NCBI GenBank assembly: GCA_951406725.2
Contig: OX597814.1
Location: forward strand, 32,612,001-32,676,000
Length of the DNA stretch: 64,000 nt
Source: Octopus vulgaris
Taxonomy: Eukaryota
Direction: 5' to 3'
The position numbers and the translations under genes are program-made. The notes under the pieces are model-generated. The model ran no database searches and had not been told where the DNA came from. It saw only the letters and a program-made list of their open reading frames with translations. This document shows, in pieces, positions 50,749 to 64,000 of the stretch (within the stretch, counting starts at the first letter, position 1; each line of letters opens with the position of its first letter).

Positions 50749-51314
50749 TTGGGTTGTCCGGAAAGTTCGTGCCGATTTTTAAAGGAAAGAAAAAGGGCAA
50801 TAAATAATTGCCATTACATTTTAAATCAACCAAATATGAACCATTTTGTTGCACAATACGTCTCCATCTATCCTTTAACTTGAAAATACCATCTTCCCAG
50901 AATTGAGTTGGTTTCATGGCAAAGAATTCATCAAGGTATCTTTTTGCGTCATCCAAGGAATTGAAATTTTTACCATTAAGACTATTATGCAGAGACCTGA
51001 AGAAGTGGAAATCTGAAGGAGCAATATATGGTGAATATGGAGGGTGGGGTAACACATCCCAGCCGGGCTGAAGCAATTTTTGTCTGGTTCCCAAAGCATC
51101 AAGTGCCGAAAAGGAACTTTCTTATCTTCCATTTTAAAGGATTACAGAATTAACACTGGTTATAGGAACATAAATCTTCTTCCACGAAAAGATAGCTTAA
51201 ACTGTGGTCTAAATGGAGGTGTAGTCAAATCCTATTTTATGGACTCAAACATGTTCTAAAATAAGTCGAAATGTAAGCTACTATAAATCGGCACGAATTT
51301 TCCGGTCAACCCAG
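50749..51314 (-). mobile_element. Internally deleted mariner element (566 bp)
   Basis: TA|ttgggttgtccggaaagttcgtgccgattt ... aaatcggcacgaattttccggtcaacccag|TA; HPPYSPYIAPSDFHFFRSL and FWEDGIFKL..RW C-terminus joined to N-terminal MEDKKVPFRHLML. Confidence 0.93.
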
Positions 51315-52427
51315 TAAAATGCTGGAGCGACAGGTGATTGACAAGTGGACCAGTAGCATGCCTCTTCCCAGAAGGTTTTCAATAGCATATTTGTCTACTT
51401 TGTAAGTGATAAGCTGCCAGCTACACATTAAAAAAAATTGTATAGCTACGGGGGCAGGAGTTGGAAAAAATGAATATGTCAACATAATCGATGAAATTAA
51501 ACATCAGATTTTTAGTAGACATTATCTTCCCTTTTCGTATTAAAGTCACATTCCAACAATTATGTCAACATTTTCCCATGCAGGAAAATATTTTGTCCCA
51601 ATATTTCTCGATAAAGAATACTTATCAGGCCTACAGTCTCCTTTTTCTTTTAGGTCATTTAAAAGTATCATTGTCTACTAATTATTTTCTGCGTGATGAC
51701 AGAACAGACCGAGTCTCTGAGCCTTTGTTAGCAGCCAGTGATTATAGAAATGGGTTTCAGGTTAAAACCCATTTCTATAATCACTATAATCTATAAGCCC
51801 GATGTCCAAATAACTGGGAAGGGTCTCCCATCTTAGAAATCCCATCTTAGAATTTTGAGAGTACATTCCTTAGGGTCCGAGGTGTTGACAACAGAGCTGC
51901 TCCTAGCAACTAAATACTAGGCTTGCTTCGGTTGGCTTCCCCATTATTTGAAATAATTTAGAAGTATACAAAGTGCTTGAAACATCATTTATAGTTTTAT
52001 CCAATGGGTGTTAATATAATTTGTATAATGGGACAGAAAATTTTAATTCACAAGTTAAAATGATATCTGTAATAAGAAGATAACGAATCTCATTAGATTT
52101 AATGATTAGTTGTAATTAATTGTCCTCTTTGTTTGTGTTTCTGGCTGTTTTGTGATCTATTTAAGCTGATTCACAAAATCTGCATTTTTATTAAGGAAGT
52201 AAAAAATTTGAAAATCGGCTATAATAATGTAGTTTTCTACTCTTATTGCTATGAAGTTACAGGGGTTTAAAGGTGGAAAAACTCTGTACGTTTAACCAAT
52301 AACGAGACAAATTTTCTGCGTTTAGCGGAGCGGTGTTTACTTTAAGGCTGTACCCTGTGAAATTTACAGTTTAGTGTCTGCGAAAGGACCCGAAGGTTTC
52401 TAAATAAACAGAAAAACAGCGAGAGAG

Positions 52428-52464
<37 letters not shown>

Positions 52465-53552
52465 GGGAGAAATGGAGTCAAAAAAGAAATTAGATCTAAC
52501 AAATAAGTAAATGATTGCTTCTCACTACGGATATAGTAAAACTATCCTTTATCCATCCAAAGCACGGCGTCTCTGAACGATTCCCACCCTAACTTGACAG
52601 TTACTGATGTTTTATAATTTGTTATATTCAAATTCCGCCGAGCTCATGCTTTGCTTTTCATCCTTTTGGGGTCGATGAAATAAGTACCAGTTGAGTACTG
52701 AGATCGATGTAACCGAGTACCCTCCTCCCACAAAATTTCAAGACATATACTCATATTAGAAAGAATATTTTATAATTTATTTCATGTGCTGAAATAACAA
52801 ATCTCTTATCCTTCAAGCTCCCTTTTCTATAATGATATTTATTTATTTTGAAATCGGTTTTTTGTTTAATTCATCTGAACTTTAAAATGACACCAGTTCT
52901 ATTCATTTCGAGAAACATATAAGTCCATTCCTTTTCGTTTGACCCTAAAATTCAACTGACAATTGACAGAAATTATGTTACTTTTTAAACAACAGCATCT
53001 GGCCCCCATTTCACCTGGTATAAAACATTAGTGTTTTTTTGTTTTTTCTTCTTAAACTCATTTATAGTTGGCAAGCTTCAAGGCATCTGGTTACTATTGT
53101 GTGCGAGAGATATTTTCTTCTCTCTTATAAGGAACTGCTAATATCCTGCGGCTTTGCTGAAGGTCATTTTAAACGTGACCTACCTGTCACCAGCATATCA
53201 CCTGCACATAGATTAGATTGAAGCACTTCTTTTTCTTTGTTATTTTTTTTATTTTCCTCGTCTTCCTCTTCCTTTTTTTAATTTTCTTCTTTTTCTATGT
53301 TGTTATCTTTATCTCCTTTGTCTTATTTCTCTCTTTCGTTTTCATCTTCTTCAGCACCGTCTGCCTAGCCTCGATTTAAGCACTGTATGCGGTACTGAGG
53401 TAGCTAGGCGGATCTTTGCCTTTAGGGTTTATAAGGAGACAGTCGCAGCAAAACTATGAAAAATTATGAGAACCGAAGCAAGTATTTTGAAACTGGTACG
53501 TAGCAATCCACTAAACACAACCATCCTTACCAGCCGATTATTTATTATATTT

Positions 53553-53615
<63 letters not shown>

Positions 53616-54402
53616 GTATGTATATGTTTGCTTTCCCTTTCGTTTCTTTTTACATCTCATTTATCTTAAAAGACCGATTAGCTAGATTAGAATTGAAGAT
53701 ATGCATCTCTTGTAACGTATACGCTTGGTTAGATTGGACTGCCACCTCTGAAAAGGAAATGTACGAGCATAAAGAGAATGAAAACCGACAAACCGTATCA
53801 TGTACAAGAAGAAAATAAAAGCAATTCTTAGAAGAAATAAAATAAAATAAGATATCTCACAAATTTAATCTTCAGTTAAAGGACAATCGACTTCTAGTGA
53901 GTATATCGACTCAACCAACACACTATAGAACCTTGAACAATGGGGAGTTTAGTTGCGCTCCTTCAATCTACCCTATCCTTTTATTTATTTATTTATCTAT
54001 TTTACAAACATATTTTGAAAGTACACTAATGTACCCCCTGATATACAATGGTATTTAACTTCTCAGTTATCTAAAAGGGTGGAATACTAAAACAGTATCG
54101 GGAGCAAGATGAGAGTGAGATGTATTACATGAGAGACCCAAGTACTTAGGAAATAAAATGAAATTAAAGAGAAATAAAGTATATCAGAGACGTCTCTCTG
54201 TATTTATTGTTAAAGAACAACGTTAAGTGCTATTTATCTAATTAGGTGACACGCCTCAAGTACGTTTCCCTATCTCCCCTTTACAGTAAATTGTTCAATT
54301 TCCTTGAATTTCACACTATAAAGAACTAAGTCTCACTAAATCAGTGCAGATGACATGTATGCTGCCGACCCCTTCCTCTCTCTCGCTACACACACTCATA
54401 TA

Positions 54403-54439
<37 letters not shown>

Positions 54440-54556
54440 TTAACGAAAGATAAGTATTTAAAGGCACGCATACGCATAGTGTGTGTGTATATGTAATATA
54501 TGTACGTACGTACGTACGTATGTATGTATGTATGTATGTATGTATGTATGTATGTA

Positions 54557-54957
54557 TACTCTTTTCTCTTTTACTCTTTTGACTGCGGCCATGCTGGAGC
54601 ACCGCCTTTAATCGAGCAACTCGACCTCGGGACTTATTCTTTTTGTAAGCCCAGTACTTATTCTATCGGTCTCTTTTGCCGAACCGCTAAGTAACGGGGT
54701 CATAAACACACCAGCATCGGTTGTCAAGAAATGCTAGGGGGACAAACACAGACACAAACAAACACACACACGCATATATATATACATATATACGACAGGC
54801 TTCTTTCAGTTTCCGTCTACCAAATCCACTCACAAGGCTTTGGTCGGCCCGAAGCTATAGTAGAAGACACTTACCCAAGGTCCCACGCAGTGAGACTGAA
54901 CCCGGAACCATGTGGTTGGTTAGCAAGCTACTTACCACACAGCCACTCCTGCGCCTA
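54557..54957 (-). mobile_element. SINE family A, full length
   Basis: Reverse complement of 5128-5520. Confidence 0.9.
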
Positions 54958-55383
54958 TGTATCAGTATCTTTTATCTTTTACTTTGTTTCAAGCATTAGA
55001 TCATGGCCATGCTGGGGCTCAACTTCAAGGATATTTAATTGAATGAATGATACCCAGTGCTTATTTTTTTCAGCCCGGCACTTATTCTATCGGTCATGGA
55101 TCTATTCCATCTCAATCACAGATTTTTTAATTGATTTCTTGTTAAAACTAAACAGTTTGAAACTCCGAATACTGGTTGAATTTCTCATGTATAACAGGGT
55201 TTACTCTGGACATTTTTGACAAAATTTTCTATTTTAGAAGTTATTTCGTATTAAAGTTGTCGTACTTAGGTAATTTCAACCAATCAACGACGTGTATTCG
55301 GTTAAAGAAAGTGACTGCTGTTTGTGATAGTAATCGAAGAGGAACAACTCCCAGATCATCTCTACTAAAGGTCATCACTCTGT

Positions 55384-55520
55384 TCTATTCGTCACCTTTA
55401 TCCTTTCTTCCTTTCTAGTCAGCACCGTGCATTCTTTACTCTTTCCATCCCTCTATTCGTCACCTTTATCCTTCATTTCTTTCTAGTCAGGACCGTGCAT
55501 TCCTTACTTTTTCCCTCCCT
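55384..55520 (+). repeat. ~68-bp tandem duplication
   Basis: ctattcgtcacctttatcctt...ttctagtcag.accgtgcattc.ttact twice. Confidence 0.85.
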
Positions 55521-55667
55521 TATACTCTATCAACTAGCAAACAGCGAGCGAACTTCTCATTGCCACTACAATTACTGCATTTTCCGATGTATAAGCCGCT
55601 ATTTCTTTTGTTTTACCTTCATGTTTCGATAATGTTATTTTTAAGCTAATAAGGACTTCTATATTTA

Positions 55668-55805
55668 TTTATTTACTACCCACAAGGGACTAAACTCAGA
55701 GAGGACAAACAAGGACAGACAAAAAGATTAAGTCGATTACATCGACCACAGTGCGTAACTGGTACTTATTTCATCGACCCCAAAAGGATAAAAGGGAAAG
55801 AACCT
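55668..55805 (-). mobile_element. SINE family B 3' fragment
   Basis: tttactacccacaagg...atcgacc..agtgcgtaactggtactt matches 6530-6660. Confidence 0.8.
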
Positions 55806-56042
55806 CAACAATAAGGTACCTATTTATTCTTAATGCGTTCTGGCCATTCCGAACGTGAATATCTTGCGCGCTGTCATTTTTCCCCACAGGAGAACACCTT
55901 TTCCCTTTCCGCGATGTCTGTTGCTAACACGCGTGATACCCTTGTTGACGATGTAAGAGTACTTCCCGACACAGCGATATTTAGACCTTGTTGTGTAACT
56001 CCTCAATCGTAGCTATCTCATGCCAGAGCCAATGAATCTCAC

Positions 56043-56202
56043 TAGCGCAGGCATAGCTGTGTGATAAGAACTTTGCTTCCCAATCACATGGCTCAGGGTT
56101 CAGTCCCACTGCATGGAACCTCGAGCAATTGTTTTCTGCTATAGCCTCGGGCAGACCAAAACCTTGTGAGGGTAGTTGGTAGACGGAAACTGAAAGAAGC
56201 CT

Positions 56203-56255
<53 letters not shown>

Positions 56256-56490
56256 TGCGTGCGTGCGTGCCTGTGTGTCTTTGTGTGTGAGTCTTTGTCC
56301 TCACCGCTTGAAAGCTGGTGCTGGCATGTTTATGCCCCCGTAACATAGCGATTCGGCAAACGAGATCAATAGAATGAGTACCGGGCTTTAAAATATAATA
56401 AGTACTGGGGTCGATAAATTTAACTAAGAAAGTCCTCAAGGCGGTGCCCCAGTATGGCCCCAGTCTAATGACTGTAATAAATAAAAGATG
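56043..56490 (+). mobile_element. SINE family A
   Basis: gggttcagtcccactgc...ggtagacggaaactgaaagaagcc...ggcggtgccccagtatggcc. Confidence 0.85.
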
Positions 56491-56499
56491 AAAAAAATA

Positions 56500-56733
56500 A
56501 TAAATGCGCCCTTTTAAAGCCTAGCCAGGCTCATGGGCCCGGTTTCCCAATTTATATGGCGTCAGACGCCAATCCATCACAGCGTTACTCATTTTTGCCA
56601 GCTGAGTGAACTGGAGCTACGTGAACTGAAATGTTTTGCTCAAGAACACAACGCGTCGCCCGGTCCAGGAATCGAAACTACAATCTTACGATCATGGTGC
56701 TGACACCCTAACCACTAAGCCACGCGCCCCCAC
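56500..56733 (-). mobile_element. tRNA-headed SINE family D (second head copy at ~56960-57054)
   Basis: Minus strand gcgcgtggcttagtggttagggtgtc...gtttcgattcctggacc (A/B boxes). Confidence 0.75.
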
Positions 56734-57263
56734 AACAAGTAAAAGATAGATGGAAAAAAAGTTATTTGCTGATGATTGCCAAACAGATAATAAATCATGG
56801 AGAACACACAGAACCGCAATAATCCAAACATTAACATATCTATTTATTTTTAATATTTTCTGATAGATTCGAACGTGAATATCAGCACGGGAGAACGCCA
56901 CCTGCCTTTAGATGATGTACGTTCATAACATATTATTCACCGGTTTGTTGATTTCTATAAAGAAGAGCACAATGCGTCGCCCGGTCCAGGAATCGAAACC
57001 CCAATCGTACGATCATGATGCTGACACTCGAACCACTAAGCCACGCGCCTCCACAAAAGGAATAATACAGTACATAAAACAATAAATCAAAAAACTAAAA
57101 TAAAATAATTGCTTGTGCGTGTGTTTTTCAGATAAACTTAGAAGGGAATGCTTTCAGCAATGGCACATTTATGAATCCGCTAAGTGTATGTTTTTCTCTG
57201 TGCGACCAGAAAAAAGGACTGGCGTGACAGGTTTCTGCGTTGTTTAGCGATTCATCAAGTATA

Positions 57264-57659
57264 TCTTTATATATAAAAGTCAAGTTGTGTGTCTGTCTCC
57301 TACGATTTAGATTCCTAACTACTCCCACATTTTGCGGTGCAGTTTAACCAAAACCGGGTATCTTATAGTCGTGATTCATATCGAGCCCTTCTGGGTATTA
57401 GCGCACGTCTACGATGAGTCTACGATTTAAAAAAAAAATTACCATTTTTTTCCATTTTAATGCATTTTTTTCGCTATTATATAAGGGAAGTAACTCTCTA
57501 AAAATGTCTACGATGAGTCAACGATTTAAAAAAAAATTTACCATCATTTTTTTTCCATTTTTAATGCATTTTTTTGCTATTTTTTGGCTATAACTCTCTA
57601 AAAATGCTTATATAGTTATTTCCCTTACAAACCCGAGCAACGCCGGGCGATACTGCTAG
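57264..57659 (+). mobile_element. Non-autonomous Helitron
   Basis: A|TC...cccgagcaacgccggg...CTAG|T; internal two-unit subrepeat. Confidence 0.92.
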
Positions 57660-58453
57660 TGTTATATATTTTCCCAGCCAAAGTGAGATTACAGCTTTGC
57701 TATTTATGGCATTCATAAACGCGGATGCGATTAAACTGGCCTGTTCTAACGAAACAGGCTGAAGTATTGAACCCCGACGTTAGAATCAGAATATAAACTA
57801 AATTACGATGAAGAAAGCAGTGCTTTTAGTTAACTCATTTCTTTTCAGCTTCATTGAAAAAATTTGATACGGAATACTGCGAGCTATTCGACCAAACCAT
57901 GAGAGATATTTCGAAGGAAATAGGACATTCATTTACATTTTTATTCTCTCACTACTTCAGTCTTTGGGCTCTGCACATGTTGCAGAACCATATTTAGAAG
58001 TTTGATGGGTCATATATATCTCTATTGATTAAGAACGGAGTCACATTCTAGTGTGAAGGAGTGTAACAGAAAACACTATTCTGCTTCAGTGTATCCCAAT
58101 ACAATACACCCATAGATACTGATATGATGTAGAAATCTCTTTCCTTCCGTGCTGCGCAGGAGAATCGAACCTGAAACCACTTGGAAACGTAGTACTATTA
58201 AATATCATAGGCCCTGCTGTGCCCAGCCTGTAATAGAGCTGCATCATCGCTTTCGACTGCTCTCCACGCTGTATACAAAGCATCATTCTTATTCTAGAAT
58301 GCAGGTGTATATTCTGAAATTCTTTGACATAGCAAGAAATAGGAAACACGTGATTAATTTATATTCAAAAATGTCCGTATAAATATATTAATAAACTATA
58401 CAGAAATCCCTATACCTTTACGCTTTATATATATATCTATATCTATATCTACA

Positions 58454-58517
<64 letters not shown>

Positions 58518-58534
58518 AATCTATCTATATATCT

Positions 58535-58569
<35 letters not shown>

Positions 58570-58698
58570 CCTTTCATCGGAGATGAAGGGATATAATTAA
58601 TAAATATCCAAGAAACAGCTGTTAGTCCTTCTCTCTATAAAAGCTCTAATATCTGCACACCCTTGATTTTTTATTATATTATGCAAAAATATTCTTAT

Positions 58699-58757
<59 letters not shown>

Positions 58758-58864
58758 TAAATACATACCGACAAAGGCGACAGTGAGGATACATAGTACG
58801 TGTTTCAATGTATAAGCATAAGTATCAGTATCAATATGTTGATGTTTGTGCAAAATTGTAATTA

Positions 58865-61014
58865 TGTAGGGGAGACCGCGTCTAGTTGTTACACAAGTAA
58901 GTTGTTACAAGCCCATTGTTTCCACTTGGGTCTCTATCTCGTGAACGCCAACTCCATAGCATCATGACTGCACATGTGTATTGCACTGGCGGGCTGTCAC
59001 CAGGAAATATATGGCTCAAAAGACGATTTTTTACTCCAAAAATGAAATTTTGCCACAAAGTTATTTTTGTAATTTTTGTAATTAACTACTAAAGCACAAG
59101 TGGTGTTACTGAAGTAGTTTGTGGCTTGTTAGAAAGTGTTGGAAGTTGCCTTCGATACATGAAGGTGTGTCTTGGATGCTATACATTGCTAGTGCTGTAT
59201 ACAAAGTAATACCCAGAAATCCAAGGTCGGGGCTAATTGTTACAGTGAATCAACTTATCCCAGGCATGTAACAACTTATTCCTTCTATTTCAGTTTAACA
59301 CATCATGCCAAGAAATTACAAAAGGAAGACTACAAGCGAGGATACCCCTCCTCATGTCGTGGAAAGAGCCGCCTGAAAAGTTGTGGGTGAAATGAAATCA
59401 TTACGGGATGTTGCCAAATATTTCGAGGTAGGTTTCAGGCTCTTTAGATATGAAGTTACCAGTATCTCTTACACTAACCTTTTAAGATGTTAACAGAACG
59501 TCAGCTGCACCAAAAAATAAACCTCCAACTTCTTTATATTTCCAGGTGAGTTTCATGACGCTGCAGATATACTGCAAGAAACTAAGGACAGAGCGAAAAA
59601 TAGCCAGTGTTGGATATGCTTCTCTGCGTGCAGTTTTTACCAAGAAGCAAGAAGACTTGGTTGTGACCTACTTCCTTAAAGCTGCTAAAAGTTACTATGG
59701 TCTGACTCCTGGCATTCGAAACCTTGCTTACAACTATGCGAAGGTCAATGAAATCAAGTGTCCAGATTCCTGGTCTGCCAATGAATGCGCTGGTGTTGAC
59801 TGGTTCTCAAAGTTTATGAAGCGGATTCCAACCTCTCCATCCGAACCTCAGAAGCCACAAGTCTGAGTAGGTCAACAAGCTTCAATCGAACTAACGTGGA
59901 CAAGTTTAACAGGGATGTCTTTGGTGATGACGAATTCCTTCCAAGTTACGTCACGGACCGTCCTGCTCCAAAACAAGATGAAGACCAGTCTGAGATGCAG
60001 TCAGGCGACCATCCTGATGTGCAGCCTGGCATGCAGCTAGAAAACCAGCCTAACTTGCAGCCAGATGACAAGTCAGACGTTCAACCAGGCGACCAGGTCA
60101 ATGAACGGCAAGACGGTCCGACAGATTAACCTACACCAGGCCCAAGTTTTTCTGCTGGTGTTATCACAAGCCAAGAGATATTGCACCCATTAAGGAAGGC
60201 TTCCTCCAGGAAGACAGGTCAAGCTCGTGGAAGTCGCAAGAGGTGCCAAACAGCCATTGTAACCCTAACCCCCGTAAAATATCGCATAGTGGATGAAATA
60301 AACGAACGGAAATCCAAACCAATGAAGACAACTGGTACAGAAAAGGCAACAAAGGGAAAGAGAAAGTCAACTAAAACAGGTAAAGACAAAGGGAAGCAGC
60401 CTCACAGCAAGCAAGTCGCCGACTGGAAATGCCTTGTCTACTCAGACTGGTATTCCAACTCCCCTCCAGGTGAAAAATGGGTGCAATGCATGATCTGTAA
60501 AGACTGGGCACACATTGACTGTACCGATGGACGACAGGGCTATATGTGTGATCTGTGTGGTAATAAGTTATTAGAGGACGATTCCGACTAGATGGCACAT
60601 GTAACAATGGGAAAATTTACTGATGAGGACTCACAGTATCACAGTTAGGATATGAGGTGGTTCAAAGCACAGTTAATTAATTGAAATAATATTTCTTAGA
60701 TGCAAGAAGCAGGAGACGTATTCATTTAAAACCTGTTTGTTAACATAATTCCGAGTTATCGACAGTTGTAACAAAGTACCCCAATAAGTGTCACAACGTA
60801 CCCCGCATTAGAGGAAAATTGTTACAGCTGACACCACCTCATTAATTAGAACCTGTCTAATTAACATTATGTAATTTCTGTTTTTTTTTTTCTGGTGATA
60901 ACAATAGAGATGTTTTACTAATTAAATCTGAAATGAAACTTCAGCTGTGTTCATTTATGTGGGTGCCAAGGCAAAAAGATGAAAAAATGTAACCTAGACC
61001 CTGTCTCCCCTATT
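58865..61014 (+). mobile_element. pogo-type DNA transposon (HTH-psq/CENP-B-like N-terminus, C-terminal PHD finger), catalytic domain deleted
   Basis: TA|tgtaggggagaccg ... ctgtctcccctatt|TA; repeated TTGTTACA subterminal motifs; transposase motifs. Confidence 0.85.
59305..60591 (+). pseudogene. Decayed pogo-type transposase gene with a phase-0 GT-AG intron (59428-59545)
   Basis: MPRNYKRKT...SLRDVAKYFE|VSFMTL...YYGLTP...AGVDWFSKFMKR...EATSLSRSTSFNRTNV...FLPSYVTDRP...WVQCMICKDWAHIDC...YMCDLC; contains stops and frameshifts. Confidence 0.85.
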
Positions 61015-61354
61015 TATGAGTGGCTTTCATTATTTATTTTTTAATATGTATATATTGGGACAATAAATGATAGAGATAAAGACGGCGAATGATAGAGCTG
61101 AAGATAACATATCTATGCTTGCGTATGCTCGTGTGGATATTTGCACAGACTTACACACAAACACACACACAAGTGCACACAGGTAGACACACAAACACTT
61201 AGGCATTTGATAGTGATTTAAATATACTTAAAGATGTTCCGACTATCTAGATTCATGAGTTATTGTATACATATGAGTGCATCAGCGTGTGTTTTTGTGA
61301 GTGCATGTATACACATATAAGCATGCATATACGTTCATATAAATTATATCCCTA

Positions 61355-61809
61355 AGCGCAGGAGTGGCTGTGTAGTAAGAGGTTGCCTGTCAAACACATG
61401 CTTCTGGGTTCATTGCCACTACATGCACCTTGGGCAAGTGACTTCTACTAAATGTCTTCTTCTGTAGACTCCGTGTGGGCAGTCATCTAAAAAATTTTGT
61501 TCGTCATGATGCTGACATAAGTTCCTTGTCTTTCCTGATGAGAAGGCGGCATGAGAAGGCACCCCTTATTCCTTCGGAATTAGGAATATGCAGTCTTCGA
61601 AACATATGTCGAGAATAAAGGAATTTTGTTAAATCGTCGTTCGACTCCATTCTTTCATTTATTTATAGTAAAAAAAACACACAAATTTCCACACGAAAGC
61701 ACGTGATCTCTGCCCTTGGCATGTAGCTTCAACCGTGTTTTCTGACGTGAATTTGCTACTCAGGTATCGGTTGACCGAATTATCCATACTAGGATAATTC
61801 ATTCAACTA

Positions 61810-61859
<50 letters not shown>

Positions 61860-61940
61860 ATATGTGTGTGAGTGTGTTTGTGTGTCTGTCAGTCTTTGTC
61901 TCCCCACCATCGCCTGACAAACAATGCTGTCTTAGCGGGG
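61355..61940 (+). mobile_element. SINE family A interrupted by an HHR-bearing, PLE-like segment (~61450-61810)
   Basis: Head ggagtggctgtgtagtaag...ccttgggcaagtg; body resumes ~61860 (tttgtctccccaccatcgcctgacaa). Confidence 0.65.
61522..61623 (+). ncRNA. Type I hammerhead ribozyme with canonical core and enlarged stem-loop II
   Basis: tttc-CTGATGA-gaaggcggcat...atgcagtcttc-GAAA-catatg-TC-gaga; palindromic ACATATGT; distal stem I ttcctt/aaggaa. Confidence 0.75.
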
Positions 61941-62035
61941 TTTTGCCTAGATCCCATAAATTGTGATTTTTTTCCTAACTAAAACTGTGACTTTATTACT
62001 GGTCACCGTATGGATATATATATATATATATATAT

Positions 62036-62267
<232 letters not shown>

Positions 62268-62349
62268 TGTGAGTGCGTGTGTATTAGCATTTATTAAGCT
62301 GAAACTTCCAAAACCCTGGCCTGGCCAATTAAATGGTATGATTGTAAAG

Positions 62350-62670
62350 TATAGACCGTAAGGGTGGCTCTAACACCGAGCGACGTTGGCTGTTAGTGTG
62401 GGTGTGTTATAAGATAGCACTGCAAATCGGTGTAGCAGACGTAAGCAGTTAGAAATCTAATAACGATTGTTAGGAATCAAAAATTTTGGCCACGTTATTA
62501 GGACACAAAGACCCACTACTCCTGCATTTTCGGGGTAGAGTGGACGGATAACAGACACGTGGGTGAAAAATGCAAAACTGGATCGAAGACATGGAAGACT
62601 TGACGAAGAAGTCCCTGGTTGAGTGTACGGCTGCAGCGTGAGATGGCGATATGATGTTTCACCTTCAACC
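62350..62670 (+). mobile_element. Decayed RTE-type LINE 3' end
   Basis: NFGHVIR and downstream W..DME / WR motifs typical of the RTE ORF C-terminus. Confidence 0.45.
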
Positions 62671-64000
62671 AGTTTCATTTGTTCCTGCTTTATGCAGTCT
62701 GTGTTTTAATGAGGCCGAGGCCAACTTAGCTTTATATCTATCGCGAGTTTGTAAAATAAAGACCCAGTACAGACAAAAACTAGAATTTTTGACTGTTTGA
62801 GTTATAGCTAAACATTCGACTTATATTTTCATTTGGATTAATCTTTTAGTCTGAGTGTATATTCTAAATATTGTTGTTTCTCAGGCCTATTGCGAACATG
62901 CATTGATTAACTTTTATCCCGGATTATGACCCCTCTACTAGTGAACTAAAGACAAGGCATAGCGGTTAGACTGAAATATACCAACAGTCGATGTATTTAT
63001 GCACCACACTCCTCTATCTCTGAGAAATTAGCTTTCTTTCATCTTATCTCTGAATAAGGTTATCCATATTCACCATCTTGTGCCATGTTGAGATTTAAAC
63101 CGAACTAGTAAAAAATTGGTAAAGTACTTCTGAAAATCTACAAATATCTACTGAGAATTGAATAACACGCTGCGCCTTTATAATCCGTGCTTGCTCCCTC
63201 AATGTTCGCTTCTTCACTTTTCAGTGCATGCTCCGCCCAGACATGAATGCTGCACACCTCATGCTCCTTACTGAGGTAGTGATCAAGTGTTATTTTCACC
63301 GCAAGTACATCGTGATATTTTTACTGTTCACGTCTTCAAACCGACCGACAAGTTCCGACACTACTTTGCTGTTCTTTATTGCTTCGTACATCTTTCCTAA
63401 ACGAGCAAGTATCTGCTCCATTTTTTCTTCTTTTTAATGAGATCTGCATTCATTAATTCCCACTAAACGAATTTGTAACTCCGACGTCTGAAATCTTTAC
63501 ATATTGAGAAAAATACATTCGGATTTGGATTTAATTAACCAGAAGCCTACTTTTACTGTCTATGTTAATTGTGTGTAACATGAATATGTGCCCTGTGTAG
63601 CCAGCTGCCAGATATTGCATACAACTTACACTATTTCTACAGGATAATCTAATGAAAACTCTGTGTAAGTAGGATCTGGATGACCTGCTATGTATTATTT
63701 GCATTGATGTGCGCAGAAAACCTAGGGGATATGTGTCAGATTGGTGGAAATGCCTGAGAAGATTTGCAGAATTTTTACACACCCTATTATAGTGAGTATT
63801 TCCACATATTACTTATGTATGGATAAGATACTTTTACAGCAGCCCACTAAAGAGTTGTTGCTAGAGAAACCTCTAGACACCTGAAGATGCTCAACTCTCA
63901 AACCCATTCCAACACTCACTAAGCACAATTGTTTCGCTTTAGAACTACCAATCTACCTAGAAAGTCACACTTACTCAGAAATACTATAGCCACATCACTC

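Noticed and set aside
53360-53412. Hairpin containing TGAGGTAG (let-7 seed-like)
   Set aside because: The match stops after 8 nt, lies on the 3' arm, and the stem is too interrupted for a pre-miRNA

Overview
Repeat-saturated, AT-rich animal genomic DNA. The SINE families and microsatellite load look cephalopod (Octopus-like); this is my recognition, not a database result. I found no supportable host exon, and almost all ORF-track entries are microsatellite or low-complexity translations. The window is a mosaic of decayed and nested transposons: CR1-, RTE- and R4/Dong-type LINE fragments, at least four tRNA-type SINE families, four copies of a ~395-bp non-autonomous Helitron, Tc1/mariner and pogo-type DNA transposons, MITEs, and many Penelope-like element (PLE) pieces. 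The most striking signal is about a dozen minimal type I hammerhead ribozyme (HHR) motifs in PLE-type termini, some with canonical cores and several with variant cores. These termini often form outward-pointing foldback palindromes (up to 1.1 kb) in (TA)n tracts, including tracts inside SINEs. Other notable structures are a three-part templated inverted insertion inside a LINE, a filled/empty Helitron site pair, a Helitron copy carrying PLE-terminus-like sequence, and a SINE-LINE shared 3' tail.
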